Positions 13,501 through 28,500 of a stretch of 64,000 bases of DNA are shown here, in pieces; the stretch's first letter is position 1, and each line of letters begins with the position of its first letter. The DNA is from Chiloscyllium plagiosum (taxonomy: Eukaryota). The DNA lies in the NCBI RefSeq assembly GCF_004010195.1, contig NC_057727.1, positions 63,327,243 through 63,391,242 of the forward strand, read 5' to 3'. Made by a program: the position numbers and the translations under genes. The notes under the pieces were generated by a model that worked only from the letters and a program-made list of their open reading frames with translations, did not search any database and was not told where the DNA came from.

Positions 13501-16500
13501 GTCTACAGATGGAGTTCTGTGGATGGAAGTCCAAGGGCTGAGTTGACCATCCTACTGCTCTGCAAATGGTCGACTTTGCAATAACTCACTTAACAGAAAC
13601 CGTAGAAGGAATGATGTCCCTTATGACACTTACACGAAGATGGGAGGAGTGCATTGTGGGTCATGATCATTCACATCTCTTACATAGACTGTGACATTAA
13701 CCACTGAACTATAAAGGTAGCTGTCATCAAAAGCGACTATCACCAGGAGATTGACGGCGAGCCCTGGATTCTGATCCAGGTCAAGATCGGACGAGGTTCT
13801 GATGATTCCACTTTCTGTAATTGTAATAGAAAGAGAAGTTTCTGAATTGAATGGAACACCATTGTTCTTGCTATAGCCCCCATAGAAACCAAAGAAAGGC
13901 CGAAAAATGTTATGGGCAGAACAATCCCAGGCCTAGAGAGATGAGGGCAGTGCTGGGAAATTTGGGGAATTTGGAAGAGATCTTTCTTGGTGCTGGGAGC
14001 ATTGAGTTTTGTTTTCCAGCTCAGCTACACCTCTCAAGGGAACATTTTCACTAGTGGGTGGCGAGAGGCCAATTAAATTGGGATTATCATTTATTATTCC
14101 TTAGCCTCACCACAGGAATGGTGCACAGTCCCATTCTCATACCCATTGGATAGAAGCTCAATGTTGAGAATTCCCGACAGGAAGGTGCCAGCAGTTACTT
14201 GCCCACCCAGCTCGCTGCTTGCTCCTCCAGACTTCCATCTTGGACACACACCACTAACATCTCAGGGCACATTCAATAGGCAATGACCACATGCATCTCA
14301 TGCTCACAGACATTGGTACCTGACAGGTATCCTTGTATCACAACAGGACATTTCCACTACACTGGCACTACACCTTTGCACAGTATCCTTTTAAATATAC
14401 CACCAGTGCCAGGGCTGCTGCTGACACATCCAGTGATATGCCACAGTGTCAACGACTGTTTCTCTACCACATTTAGGGTGGAATGAAATGTCCATTCAGT
14501 AATTAGAAGTTGGCCTAACGATAGGAAACAGAGGGAAGGTATAGATGGGCATTGCCCAGGCTGGAGATGTGTTAAAATTGGTGTTCCCTAGTGATTGGTG
14601 TTGAGGCTCTTGTTCTTTCTGATTTATATAAACGATGTGGAGGTAGGTGTTGAGGGCAAACTCTCTAAATTTGTAGATGATACTAAACAAGGGAGAATAG
14701 ATAGTCGTAAGGATGTTGTTGAGTGACTTCAGGGGGACATTGACAAGTTGGCCAAATGGGCACGCACCTGGAAGATGGATCTCAATGCAGAGAAATGTGA
14801 AGTAATGCATTTTCATAGGCAAAAAAAAACACAAGGAGACAATATAGACTCAATGGTACAACTTTGAGAGAAATACAGGAGCAGACAGACTTCGGGGTTC
14901 ATGTATATATTTCTCTGAAGGTGGCCAGGCATGTTAAAAAAGTTGTTAAGATGCTTTATACGATCCTTGGGTTTATAAATAGAGGTGTAGAGTATAAAAG
15001 CAGGGAAGTGATGCTACATCTCTACTAATCATTGGTCAGACCACTATTTAGTGTTGTGTTTAGTTCTGGGTACCTTATTTAAGGAATGACATCGAAGCCC
15101 TGGAGAGACTGCAAAGGAGATTTACTAGACTGATACCAGGAATGAAGGATTATAGGTACAAGGAAAGATTAGGAGATTAAGAGGTGACATTATTGAACTG
15201 TTCAAAACGATGGACAATTTTTACAGGGGAAAGAAGGATATTGTGTTTCCATTAGTTAGCACATCAGTAACTAGGAGTCACAGTTTCAAGATTGTCAGCA
15301 AGACAGTTAGGAGTGAGATAAGGAGAAACTTCTTTACTCAGAGAGTTGTCAGGATTTGGAATACACTGGCTGAGAGACTGGTGGAGATGGATTCTCCATA
15401 GGAAGTTTCAAAAGAGAGATGGATATAAATTTGAAATTAATAAATTTAGAGGGCCATAGAGATAGGGCGAGGTAACTCTTTCGTGAGCGTGTACAGACAC
15501 GATGAACTGAATGGCCTCCTTCTGTACTGTAAAATTCTGATTCTATTTTTCCCTCCCTGCTCTTAGGCACCTGTTGATTTTGGGTCAATTTCTCTCTGCT
15601 CCCTCTCTAGTTGAGCTGCTCCTGTGGATTGAGCTCTGCATTGCTCTAGCCTCACAGACCTGCCTCCCACAGGCTCTGTTCTGCACCCTCAAGGCTGTTC
15701 TACTTAGCCACAGTGTCCACACTCTGATTCCACTGCATCTCTGCCATTGTTTTATCAAAGGGTGGCCATAGTCTAACTCATATGCATACACACAGAATGC
15801 TAATTAAAGTTCTAGAGTACTGCTCCCTGTCCCTCTTTCTCTGAGTCTTGATAGCCCTTCTTAATGATATTAGAGTTAATCCAAAACCATTAACCTTCAT
15901 TTGTATTAAACTGTACTCCTCATAGTAGATTATGGTGGAACGTCCATAGATGCTTTAATCCTACTAAACTAGACCCAGCAGATTAGGAGTTCACTGCAAT
16001 CTTAGTGTTTGAAGTTCAACATTGAGACACCTCCTCAATATTTCCTTCAAACCGTGTGCAAGCATTAGCAATCATTTAAGATACTGTAATAACCTCACCC
16101 CATACTTTCATTAATAGCTTAAAACAACAGAAGAAAGCAACAGACCAGAATATGTTGTTAAAATATCCATGATGCTAACAGCTCTCATCGTTAGTTCTGT
16201 GTAAAGAATACTGCAACTTCAGGCAACAGGCAAATGAGCTGCTAAACAAACCTGTCCAAATGTTGCCACGTTTGTATGGTTAATCTGAAATAAGCAAGTT
16301 TCAAAAAAAAAAGCTCTGACCCATTTCAGTCTTAGTACATTTATTACAGCATTATAATTGTTAATTACTTCTAATTAGCCTCCCTGGCATTGAAATAATG
16401 CACAAATGTGGAGTCTCATTCCTCCAGGTTATACTTGTCAAAGATTTTAAAACTATAAAATTTAACAATGAACAAAGAGTAGTACAGCACAGGAACAGAA

Positions 16501-19500
16501 GGGCCCCAAGCCTACGCTGACACATTTAGTCCTCACTTACAGGGTGTGTATCCCACTAGTCCCTCCCTATTCACGTGTTCATCCACGTGCTTCTTGAATG
16601 CTGCTATTGTGTCTGCTTCCACCACCTCCTCTAGCAGCGCATTCCAGGAACTCACCACCCTTTATGGGAAAAACTTACCTCATACATCTCTTGTAGACTT
16701 CCCCTCCTGCACCTTGACCTCAGTCCCCTAGTAATTGACCCCTCCACCCTGGGAAAAAAGCCTCATACTTTCCACTCTATCCATGTTATTCAGCATCTTA
16801 TAAACTTCGATCAGGTCGCCCCTCAACCTCCTGCATTCCAGTGAAAACAAGCTCAGCCTATCCGAACCTTTCTTCATTGCTAAAATCCCCCCTACCAGGC
16901 AACGTCCTGGTAAACCTTTTCTGTACCCTCTCCAATGCATCCACATCCTTCTGCTAGTGTGGTGACCAGAACTGTATGCAATTTACATTTCTGCCTCTTT
17001 TTATTCTTTTTTTTACTATAATCTTTCATCCTCTCTTATTTCTCATCCAAACCTGATTTGATAGTGAATTCACTCACTCCAATTTACACTTTCTTCTGTC
17101 TTTGTGCTGCTTATTTCACAATCAATCAATCAGATTCTAATTTGCTTGCCTTGTTCCCTGTTTACTTTGCTGCGCTACTTTAAGCACAACTTGCCAGCCT
17201 GAAAAGTAGACAATGCAAAGGTGTCACAGGGCCAGTTTGGCTATTGGGAGACACTATTTGATGCTCTGCTACAGCAGATTATGACCAAAAATCTTTATTT
17301 TTGATCGAAATCCCCTTAGATCAGAGAGGGTTGAAGGAAGATTTAATTGAGTTCAAAGTTATGATGGAATAAACAAGAGGAAATTATTCCCAACCACCCC
17401 GTGGCTCAACACTTCAATCTCCCTCCCACTCCACCAAGGACATGCAGGTCCTTGGACTCCTCCATCACCAGACCATAGCAACACGACACCTGGAGGAAGA
17501 GCGCCTCATCTTCCACCTAGGAACCCTCCAACCACAAGGGATGAACTCAGATTTCTCCAGTTTCCTCATTTCCCCTCCCCCCACCTTGTCTCAGTCCCAA
17601 CGCTCGAACTCAGCACCACCTTCCTAACCTGCAATCTTCTTCCTGAACTCTCTGCCCCCACCCCCACTCCGGCTTATCACCCTCACCTTAACCTCCTTCC
17701 ACCTATCGCATTTCCAATGCCCCTCCCCCAAGTCCCTCCTCCCTACCTTTTATCCTAGCCTACTTGGGACACTCTCCTCATTCCTGAAGGGCTCATGCCC
17801 GAAACGTCGATTCTCCAGCTCCTTGGATGCTGCATGACCTGCTGCGCTTTTCCAGCAACACATTTTCAACTCTGACTCCCAGGAATGACAGGATTGGCGT
17901 ATGAAGAGAGACTGGATCGGTTAGGGTTATATTTACTGGTATTTAGAAGAATGGTAGGAGGAGTTGGGGTCTCACAGAAACCTACAAAATTCTAACAAGA
18001 CTCGACAGGGTGAACACAGGAAGGATGTTCCCACACAGAAGGGAGTCCAGAACCAGGGATCACAGACTAAGGAAATGGGGTAGGCCATTTAAGACCGAGA
18101 TGAGGAGAAAAGTCTTCACCCAGAGAGTGGTGAACCTGTGGAATTCTCTGCTGCAGAAAGCAGTTGAGGTCAAATCTTTGAATGTTTTCAAGGAGGAGGT
18201 AGATATGGTTCTTGGGGTTAAAGGGCTCAAAGGATATGGGGAGAAATTGGGAACAGCTTCTCCTGTAATACCTTCCTGAAGAAGGGCTTATGCCCGAAAC
18301 GTCGATTCTACTGTTCCCTGGATGCTGCCTGACCTGCTGCGCTTTTCCAGCAACACATCTCCGGCTCTGATCTCCAGCATCTGCAGACCTCACTTTCTCC
18401 TCAACGGCGTATTACAGTTGCATTTTCCAAAACAATTTTGAGGATTCTTGCTGTTCCAAGTCTTTTCCAGCAGATGGCAGCAATAGATGTTTAATTGATG
18501 GTACTACACAGTATGGTGTCCGGGGGTGAGATGGTGAATTGAAAGTGATAGGACCATCTCAAAATTAGGTGCTAAAGCTCAAGGGAAGGAAAGGTTTGTA
18601 TCTGACCAGCAAGGAGCTTTAATTACTGTATACAGGTTAACCTTCTCTGGAAATCAACTGACAGCAGTAGTCCCTGTTGTTAAGTAATTAACACTAATCC
18701 CTCGGATTCAGTGTTCAGCAGGTGCTCCACATTCAGATGATCAAGTCTGAGCATGTTTAAAACTGCTTTTCTTTCAATCCCATCCCCTGCTTTTATCTTA
18801 CTTTTTATTGGAAACAGCGTACTGTACTGAGTTGGATGATCAGCCATGATCATATTAAATAATGGAGCAGGCTGAATGGCCTACTGCTACTCCTGTTTTA
18901 TATTTCTCCATCTTTCTAAGAAACCATTTCCACTGAAAAGTGGATCAGTGACTTAAAGGCATAGATTTAAACTAAGTGCAAAAGAGCCAGAGGAGTGGTC
19001 AGGAAAATTTGTTTTTGTATGGAGTAAGTGGTCATGATCAAAAAATGCACTCAATGGGATCATTCAAGTGAGAATTAGAAATATATTTTAGAATGAAAGA
19101 TTGGCAGGGCCATAGGGTAAAAGCAGGGGATTGGACTGAAAGAAAAGCAGTTTTAAACATGCTCAGACATGACCATCTGAATGTGGAGAACCTGCTAAAT
19201 CACTGAACACTGAATCCGAGGGATTACTGTTAATTACTCTACTTAACAACAGGGACTACTGCTGTCAGTTGATTTCCAGAGGAGGTGGACCTGTAAAATT
19301 AAAGCTCCTTGCTGGTCAGATACAAACCTTTCCTTCCCTGGAACTTTAGGACCTAATTTTGAGATGGTCCTATCACTTCCAATTCACCTTCCCACCCCCG
19401 GACACCATACTGTGTAGTACCATCAGTTAAACATCTATTGTTGCCATCTGCTGGAAGAGACTTGGAATGGCAAGAATCCTATTAATTGTTTTGGGAAATT

Positions 19501-22500
19501 TCAGGTAAGATTAGATTCCCTCCAGTGTGGAAACAGGCCCTTCAGCCCAACAAATCCACAGCGACCCTCTGCAGAGTAACCCACCCAGACCCATTTCCCT
19601 CTGACTAATACACCTAACACTATAGACAATTCAGCATGGCCAATTTACCTGACCTGCACATCTTTGGACTGTGGGAGGAAACCGGAGCACCCGGAGGAAA
19701 CCCACACAGACACGGGGAGAACGTGCAAATTCCACACAGACAGTGCCCTGAGGCTGGAATTGAACTTGGAACTGTGAGGCAGCAGTGCTAACCACTGAGC
19801 CACCCTCTGTTCAATGATTTAGCAAAATCCTTTTAAAAGAGATTTTCGAGAACACAACTTGTATTGATCAGAAGATTAGTACATCAGTTACACAAGTATA
19901 AGACGTATACCCAGCCTTCAAATTGAGACCTTTTATTCTGAGTATCCAGCAGATACAAGTCTAGCTTGTCCAACCCTTTCTCATAAGGCCAAATGCTGGC
20001 AAATGATACTAGATTACTTTAGGGTATCAAATCAACATGGACAAGTGGGACTGAAGGGTCTGTTTCTGTGCTGTACAACTTTCTGACTCTATGATTGGTT
20101 GAGAGGTAGAGGGCAACGGTAGAGGGATATTTCTCTAACTGGGTTCTCTCCACAGGGTTCAGTGCTGGGACCCTTGCTGCTTGCGGTGAACAGGAATGAA
20201 TTGGACTTAAATGTAGGGGGTATGATCAAGTGTTTGTGGATAACACAGAAACTAGTTGCATGTTAAACAATGAGGAGAATAGCCTTAAATTGCAGGAGAG
20301 GATCAGCAGACTGGTCAGCTAGGCAGAGCAGTGGTAACTGGAATTCAATCTCAGAACAGTTTGAGAGGATGCACTTGGGGAATGGGTCACAATGCAAGGA
20401 ATTACACCATAAATGGCAGGACCCCGGGAAGTCAGAGGGACCTTGGTTTACCTGGAAGGTAGCAAGGCAGGTAGGTACGGTGGTTAAGAAGGCATGTAGG
20501 ATATTTGTCTTTATTATTATTTGAGACGTAGAATACAAGAGGAAGGAGATTACGCTGGAAACATATAAAATATTGGTTAAGCCACAACTGCGGTACCATG
20601 TGCAATTCTGGTTATCACATTAGAGGCAGGCAGTGATTGCGTTAGATGGGCTGATTTATTTATCTATCCTGATTTACCAGGACGCTGCCTGTGCCAGAGC
20701 CTCTGAGCTATGAGGAATGATTGGATAGAACAGAGTTGTTTTTCTTGGAGCAGTGCATGTTGAGAGAGGACCTGATAGGGCATTGTAAGGGGTTTAGACA
20801 GGGTTGATAAGAAGACACTTCTATTAAATTAGATTCCCTACAGTGTGGAAACAGGCCCTTCGGCCCACACCAATCCTTCGGAGAGTAACCCACCCAAACC
20901 CATTTCCCTCCCACGAATGCACCTGACACTGTGGGCAATTTAGCATGGTCAATTCACCTGACCTGCACATCTTTGGAATGTGGGAGGAAACTGGAACACC
21001 TGGAGGAAACCCACGCAGACTCGGGGTGAATGTGCAAACTCCACACAGACAGTCTCCCGAGGCTGGAATCGAACCTGGGACCCTGGTGCTGTGAGGCAGC
21101 AGTGCTAACCACTGAGCCACTGTGCCACCCCATTGAGGGCCAACAATTTAAGATAAGAGGTAGGAGGTTAAGAGGTGAGTTGAGGAGAATTTTGTTTCAC
21201 CCAGAGAGTGGTGGGAATCTAGAGATCACTATCTGAAACGTTGGTAGGAGGTAGAGAAGCTCATAACATTGAAGTAATACTTTGATACTCACTTGCATTG
21301 CTACAGTCTCCAGGGCTATGGGCCAAAAGCTGGGAAATGGGATTAGTGTGGTCAGATCATTGTTGACAGTCACATCAGACACACTAGGGTGAATGGCCTT
21401 CACTTATTTGCTAACCCTGAGCTCATACTGACCTGCAAATCTTGAATCTGACCTAACCCCTAGATGCTGAATCTGAATTGACCCTGGACTATGATCCCAA
21501 ACTGGTCCACAAGCCCTGATCCCAAAATGATCCCCAAACCCCTGAACCTGAACTGATTCCTGGACCCTGATCTCGAAGTGATCCCCACACTCTGAACCTA
21601 AACTGATTCTGAACCCTGATCCTGAACTGATCCCCAAACCCTGAACCCAAACAAATCCTTGAACCCTGAACCCAAACTGATCCCCGGACCCTGAACCTGA
21701 ACAGATTCTTAAACCCTGAACATAAACTGATCTCTGACTCATGAAGCCGAACTGATCTCTGCACCCTGAAGTCAAACTGATCTCCAGACCCTGATCCAGA
21801 ACTGATCCTTAACCAGAACTGACCTGCAGGTCATGAACCCAGGCTGTGTCCAATGTTTCGGCTGGAGTGGGGATTTGGTGCATTGTCCCAGGTGAAGGTT
21901 TATCACTGAGCTCATTGCTCATGAGTTTGCTTATTCTGTACAGCTGGATTAGTGTGGTGCTGGAAGGGCACAGCACTTTATTCCTGATGAAGGGCTTTTG
22001 CCTGAAACATCGATTTTACTGCTCCTCGGATGCTGCCTGAACTGCTGTGCTCTTCCAGCACCACTAATCCAGAATTTGGTTTCCAGCATCTGCAGTCATC
22101 GTTTTTACCTATTCTGTACAGCTGTCCGCTCATTCACTTTGTCCAGGTATGGGTATGGGTGCTTTTCCCCTGGAACTGGCCCAGGTTTCTAACTGGGACG
22201 GTGTGAGGACATGCAGTTAACCGTACCCGAACCCCTCCGCCTATCTAAATCTGCTTGTACAGGGAGCCTCAATCTGTGCAAAGTGCTGCACCGAGTCAAG
22301 ACTAAAGTGTCCCTCTCGGACAGTACAAATGGAATAAACAAATCAAATCAGACAACACACGTGGAAACTACTTGACAAGGTTCCTTCTGATGCAGTTACG
22401 ATCTGTGCAGTCACAGACACAAGAGTACTGGAGCTGTTGGTGGATGAGTCTCCATCAGTGTGTCCACAATAGACTGAGACAAGAGGCGAGCTCTTGATAC

Positions 22501-25500
22501 TGTGTTAGTGTCACACACCTTGCACTGCCCTCTCGGGCTCACAGAGTTTTTGTTAATCCAGTAACTCACCCTCACCAATCTTGAAGGCAGGGCTGTAGGC
22601 CGTTAGGTGGTAGTGAACATTATTTCCTGTAGCAGTCACCTGTGCCACATAATACTCTGGGCCTTGGTTCTCTCGGATGCTGACGGTGTCTGGAGCAGAT
22701 CTGCAGGGGAGAGATCTGTTAGCAGATTCCGAGGCATCACAGCCCTCTTCCCCAGATTGTCATGGAGATCATAGTTGTTGAGACACGGATGTGAGCTGTG
22801 CACTTCATTGAAATATTTGACGAAGAAAAGCATCACAGTGGGACCGCAGTGATGTGACCTGTGTTTCCCCAAAATTCTGACCTCCCTGCTCCCGACCCCC
22901 AAACACATGAATGCTAAGACCCTACAATTCATTTATTTAGCACCTTGCCACAGCAATCTCAGATGACTGGATGTGGGCTCGTCAATAATCACGGGTGCCA
23001 ACCTTTTTCACCCAACCGGGGGAAGGTGGGAAAGGAGGGGGTTTGGTAGCAGGTGCAGGATGAGGCAGGGGTCATGGCTGGTGTTTTGGTTCTGCGTTTA
23101 CCTGTCTGGTTTTGTTTCGCTCCCCGCCTCACTCACTGCGACTGTCTTCGCCATCCCTCTCACTCCCGAGATCACCAACCCCTGCTGACCCCTCTAAACA
23201 GCCACCTCCCCCCATCCCGATCAGTGAAGATTGCTACCATGCCAACTGAATGGGCACTTTGAATTGCCAACACAGTCCTACATTAAGCTGCAGCAAAACA
23301 CAGCTGTTATGGTTACCAAGACCCACCCGCCCTCATCATTGTAAGGACGTCAGTGATAATGCTGACTTATCGCAGCTCTGCTGGCCTCATTCCAGGGTAC
23401 CCTCAACAATGGAAGCCCAGGAGGCCGATCCGAGCATGGGCACAGCATGGAGATGATTGGACCTCCAGCTCTTTGTGATATCAGCTACCCAGGAATGCTC
23501 CTAACCAGTGACTCCATAGAGAGGGTGTTGGTAGAGGACCAGACCCCATTCCCACTCCTTGTGCCCTACAGGGAACTGAAGCCTGCAGGCTCAGCAGGAC
23601 AGCCTGACAGTGACTCCTCACTTTCCGCGTCTGTGTTCTAACACAGAGGCCACTGGCTTGAGATTATTAGTCTCTGTAAAATCAGTGAGGAGGGTAATGG
23701 GGGAGCTAAAATCCCAGTAAGATTGTTACAAAGGCTGGTTTTAATTACTGACATTACCCTGATCTGCGCTTCATAGGACCAAGATTCTTCACTGTACGGG
23801 AGGAGGATGTAGATACAGAACTTGGGAAGAAAGACTGTGAGGTTCCTGAGCAGATTGATATAGGGAGTGGGGAGCTGTTGGAGATGTTGGCAAGTTTAAA
23901 AGTGGACAAATTCCATTTCTGGATGAGTTGTATCCCAGGCTGCTGTGGGAGATGAGGGAGAAAACTAAAGGTGCTCTGGTGCAAATTTTTAATGGTTCTC
24001 TGGCCACAGATGAGGTGCCAGAGGACTGGAGGACAGCTAATGTGATTCTATTTCTTAAGAAGGATGGTAGAGATAGACCAGTGAGTTTCATATTGGTGGT
24101 AGGGAAAATATTCTGAATAAGAGAATTAAAATCTACTTGGAGAGGCAAGGTTTGATCTGGGGTAGTTGGCATGGCTTTGTCAGAGGGAGGTCATGCCTAA
24201 CAAATCTATTTGAATTTTTTGAAAAGGTGACCAGGTATGTCACAGTTGTTGTAGTTTATATGGATTTCAGCAAGGCCTTTGACAAGATCCCACATGGGAG
24301 ACTGACAAAGAAGATAAAAGCACATGGGATCCAGGGTAACTTGGTAAGTTGAATCCAGAATTGGTTTAGCAGCAGGAGAAAGAGGGTGGTGGTAGGTGGC
24401 TGTTTTATGTGAATGGACGCTGGTGTGCAGTGGTGCACCACAGGGATCAGTGCTGGGTGCATGATTGATGGTGAGATATAAATGATACAGATGAGATGTT
24501 GGGGGTGTCAGGGGTGGAATGATAAGTAAATTTGTGGATGGCACGGTGGCTCAGTGGTTAGCACTGCTGCCTCACAGCACCAGGATCCCAGGTTTGATTA
24601 CAGCCTCGGGCAACTGTCTGGGGGAATTTGCACGTTCTCCCTGTGTTTGCATGGGGTTTCCTCTGGGTGCTCTGGTTTCCTCCCACAATCCAAAGATGTG
24701 CAGGTCAGGTGAATTGGCCAATGCTAAATTGCCCATAGTGTTAGGTGCATTAGTCAGAGGGAAATGAGTCTGGGTAGGTTACTCTTTGGAGGGTCAGTGT
24801 GGACTGGTTGGGCCGAAGGACCTGTTTCCACACTGTAGGGAATCTAATCTAATGTTAAAAAGAAGATTGGCCAGTGGTTAACAATGAGGAAAAGGCCTTA
24901 GATTACATGAGGAAATAAACAGATTGGTTAGATGGGCAGATCAGTAGCAGATGGAATTTAACCCCGTTCAGTGTGAGTTGAAACATTGTGGAAAAAGTGA
25001 CGAGACAAGGGAATACTCAATGGATGGCAGGCCACTAGGAATTTCAGCGGAATGGGGTTCTTGTCCACAGATCCCCAAAGGCAGCAGGGCAGGTTAATTG
25101 GGTCGTTTTAAAGGCATACTTGCCTCAATCAACCGTGGCACAGATTATAAAGCAGGGAGGTCATGTTGCAGCTGTTCCTCTTAGTTGAAAGGTCAATAAT
25201 AAAACAGCATAGTTTTAAGGTGAAAGGCATTAAGGTTTAGAGGGCATTTAAGGAAAACATTTTTCACCCAGATGGTGAATCTGGGGACTTGGGAGGATAG
25301 TTATGGCAGAATCTTTATAAAGTACTTGGTTGAGAACTTGAAATATCATTATATTTAAGGCCAAGAGTGTGGTGCTGGAAAAGCACGCCTGGTCAGGCAG
25401 CATCCGAGGAGCAGGAGAATCGACGTTTCGGGGAAGAGCCCTTCACAACTTTTAAGGCTATGAGTTTAGTGCGAGTGAGTGGAACGAGTGTAGATTTCCA

Positions 25501-28500
25501 GTGATGTTTGTATGAGAGCAGACCTGGTGAGCCAAAAGGCCTCTACTGTATGAATCTATGATTGTAAGAGTCAGAGTGGAGGAGTAATAAGTGCCAGGTT
25601 TCTCCACTTGATGGAATCCACTTCTGAGGATGTCATTAATCCTTTTTAGTGACATGATTACAATGGGAAATGGACACTTGAAAGGGCAGGGAGTGAGTGT
25701 ACATTTGGGTTGCTAGGCAAACAAATGTCAACCACTCACCTATGTTTCCTGGCAAGGAATTGATGGTGGACTGATGCCAGCAACAAACCTCACTGAGCTC
25801 ACATGTAGATGAACAACTGTTACATTTCGCCAAATAATGCTGCAGCTTCATTTATCCAACCAGAATATGTGCCCAACTCCCTGAATGCCTTTGCAACTAT
25901 GCCAGAACCCAAGCTTCTCCCCCTCCGTCGATACCTTCGATTCTGAGATGGACACAGCTGATGTTGCTGCCTCAAAGCCTTTGCTGCCTGAAGAAGAGAA
26001 TGAATTACTTCTGAGATGGTCCGGACACAAGAGGCGAGCTACTGTGCATTGGGCGCCGTCCATATCAGAGGCATAGTTGGATGAACCTGACTCGGTGCTA
26101 AAACTCCCCAAGAGAAGCTACATAAAAAATAACCGGCCTATATCCTCGGACCCGGAGGGGGAGAGATGTAGTGCTTGTAATGAAGTCAGCCAGCTAGACC
26201 CCGTATAATGAGTTCCCTGAGGGGGGCTGTTAATCTGACCTAATCAGGGAGTCCTGGCTGACAGATAAAAAGTGGAGTGTCAGAGGTTCTGTTCACTCTG
26301 AGAGCTGCCTCTGAGCAAGTTGGGTCAGTGTCAAGGACTCTCCATATGTAAATAAAGGGTGACTTGGTGATGGGATACCAGCCTGTGTGAAGTTATTTCA
26401 CTATTAACCATCTCTTTTTGTCTACCTGGCTGTTGTTCTCTCTTTGCTCTATTTCCACCTATCCACTCACTCCCCACCCTGTGATCAGCATTTGTATCAA
26501 CTTTTCTGAGCAATCAGCAGTTCTATTGAAGAGTCACCAGTCTCGAAACGTTCATTCTGCTTTAAAACATACAGAGGGACAAGGGGAACACATACACAGA
26601 GGGACAGAAGGAACACACAGACCAAGGGACAGAGGAAACATGCACACAGAGGGATGGAGGAACGCACACACATAGAGGGAATATACACAGAGGGACGGGG
26701 TAACACGCACAGAGGGACAGAGGGAACACACACACACATACACACACACACACAGATAAAGGGAAAACATACAGAGACAGAGAGAACACATACACACAGG
26801 AACAAAAAGGAACACACACACAGAGGGAACATGTACACACGCATACACACAGAGACAGAGGGAACACACACACAGGGTACACACAGAGGGAACACATGCA
26901 CACATACAGACAAAGGAACATACACACAGACAGAGGGAGCACACACACACAGAGGAAAATGTGCACACATACAGACAAAGGAACACACAGACAAACAGAG
27001 GGAGCACACACACAGGGTACACACAGAGGGAACATGTGCACACATACAGACAAAGGAACACACACACAGACAGGAGGAGACACACACACAGAGGGTGCAC
27101 ACATACAGACAAAGGAACACACACACAGACAGAGGGAGCACACACACAGGGTACACACAGAGGGAACATGTGCACACATACAGACAAAGGAACACACATA
27201 CACACAGAGGGTCAGAAGAGCACACAGACAGCTGGCTGGATCAATGGAACAACTCTGATGATGTCTTAACAATGCACTTAGCAAATCATGTGCTTAAACT
27301 AAATCAATATGGTTTTACTATGTCAAATCATGCACATCAAATATACAATAAATGTACTGAGTTGGTTAGATAAAGGGAACTCAGTAGATGGAGTGTGCTT
27401 GGATTCCTAAAGGCATTCAACATGAATCATCGAGTTGGGAGAAACATATTAGCATGAGCAGTGAATTGGTTAACATTGAAGAGGCAGAGTGTTGAGATAA
27501 TTGTGTGATTTTCATACTGGGAGGCTGTGCCTGCGGGAGTGCCACAAGGATCGGTGATGGGGTCTTATGACTTTGCAATTAATAAGCAAGTTAGCAAGCA
27601 TGTACAGCAAGAAATTAATAAAGGAAGGGAAATGTTGCCTTCATTGTAAGGCAAGAAAAAGGTCATCTTACCATAATTGTATAAGGCTTTGGTGAGATCT
27701 AGTTTGGGTGCAGATTTGTTCCCTACTTTGGTGGAAGGAGATAATGTCTTGCAGGCAATGCAGCAGAGACACATTAGATGGGTTCCTGGGATGACAGGGT
27801 TGTTCCTGATGAGAAGCTGAGTAAATTGACTTCCATATATTCAGGAGTTTATGAGATGAATAAAAGGCAATGAAATTGAAACATGATTCTGAAGAGCCTT
27901 GAGGGGGTTGTCACTGAAAGCTTGTTTCCTGGCTTGGGAAACTATCAGGATAAGGGGGGGTGGGGGTGGACAATCATTTAGGAGTGAGATGAGAAGCAAT
28001 TTCTTCACTCAGATAGTTGTGGCTGTCTGAAATTCTCCATTATTTAGAATATTCAAAGCTGGAATGGAGAGACTTCTAATGTCTGAAAATCAAGGAACAG
28101 AGGAACAGGCAGGGAGTATAGTTAAAGTGGAGATCAGCCAGGAATGGTAGGGCTAGTTTGATGGGCTGAAGGATCTACTTGTGTTTGTTTCCCCCGTCAT
28201 CTCCGCCTCAGAACGAAACGAGGAGTTGTACTGGTAACTGGATTGTAAATCCACCAAATACAAAACATCCCCAAGCCAGGACACAACCCACTGACAAACA
28301 TTCATGCAATCTGACAATGGGAGGGCTCTGCAATGAATCACTGCATTTTAATTAACAATTCAGAAACGCGCGCCTTCGTATCTTAGATTTCACTCGAAGC
28401 TGAAATGGCAAACGTAACATTAGTTGTACTCACATGAATATCGGAGTCCAATAATGGACTGGAGTCACAATAATTCGTAATATCCCACTACAAATAACTT

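Larger units (their letters stand above)
17876..18920 (+). mobile_element. CR1 LINE 3' fragment interrupted by a ~560-bp insert (18258-18818)
   Basis: ORF 18010..18279 FTQRVVNLWN..KGYG; 3' UTR resumes at ~18820 (gtactgagttggatgatcagcc). Confidence 0.8.
23770..25565 (+). mobile_element. Degenerate CR1 LINE (RT to tail) with nested HE1 SINE and PLE piece
   Basis: VPEDWRTANV, HGFVRGRSCLTNL, YMDFSKAFDKIPHGRL motifs. Confidence 0.85.

Noticed and set aside
18424-19499. Foldback/MITE DNA transposon explanation for the long inverted repeat
   Set aside because: The spacer is ordinary CR1 debris continuous with the flanks and no TSD surrounds the arm pair; not fully excluded without a genome search.
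24538-24610. tRNA-like A/B boxes
   Set aside because: Heads of HE1-type SINEs followed by V-domain and LINE tail, not tRNA genes.
26497-27373. Long Cys/Val- or His/Thr-rich ORFs in most frames
   Set aside because: Stop-free CA/TG-rich repeat with no coding signal; the same applies to 56034-57796.
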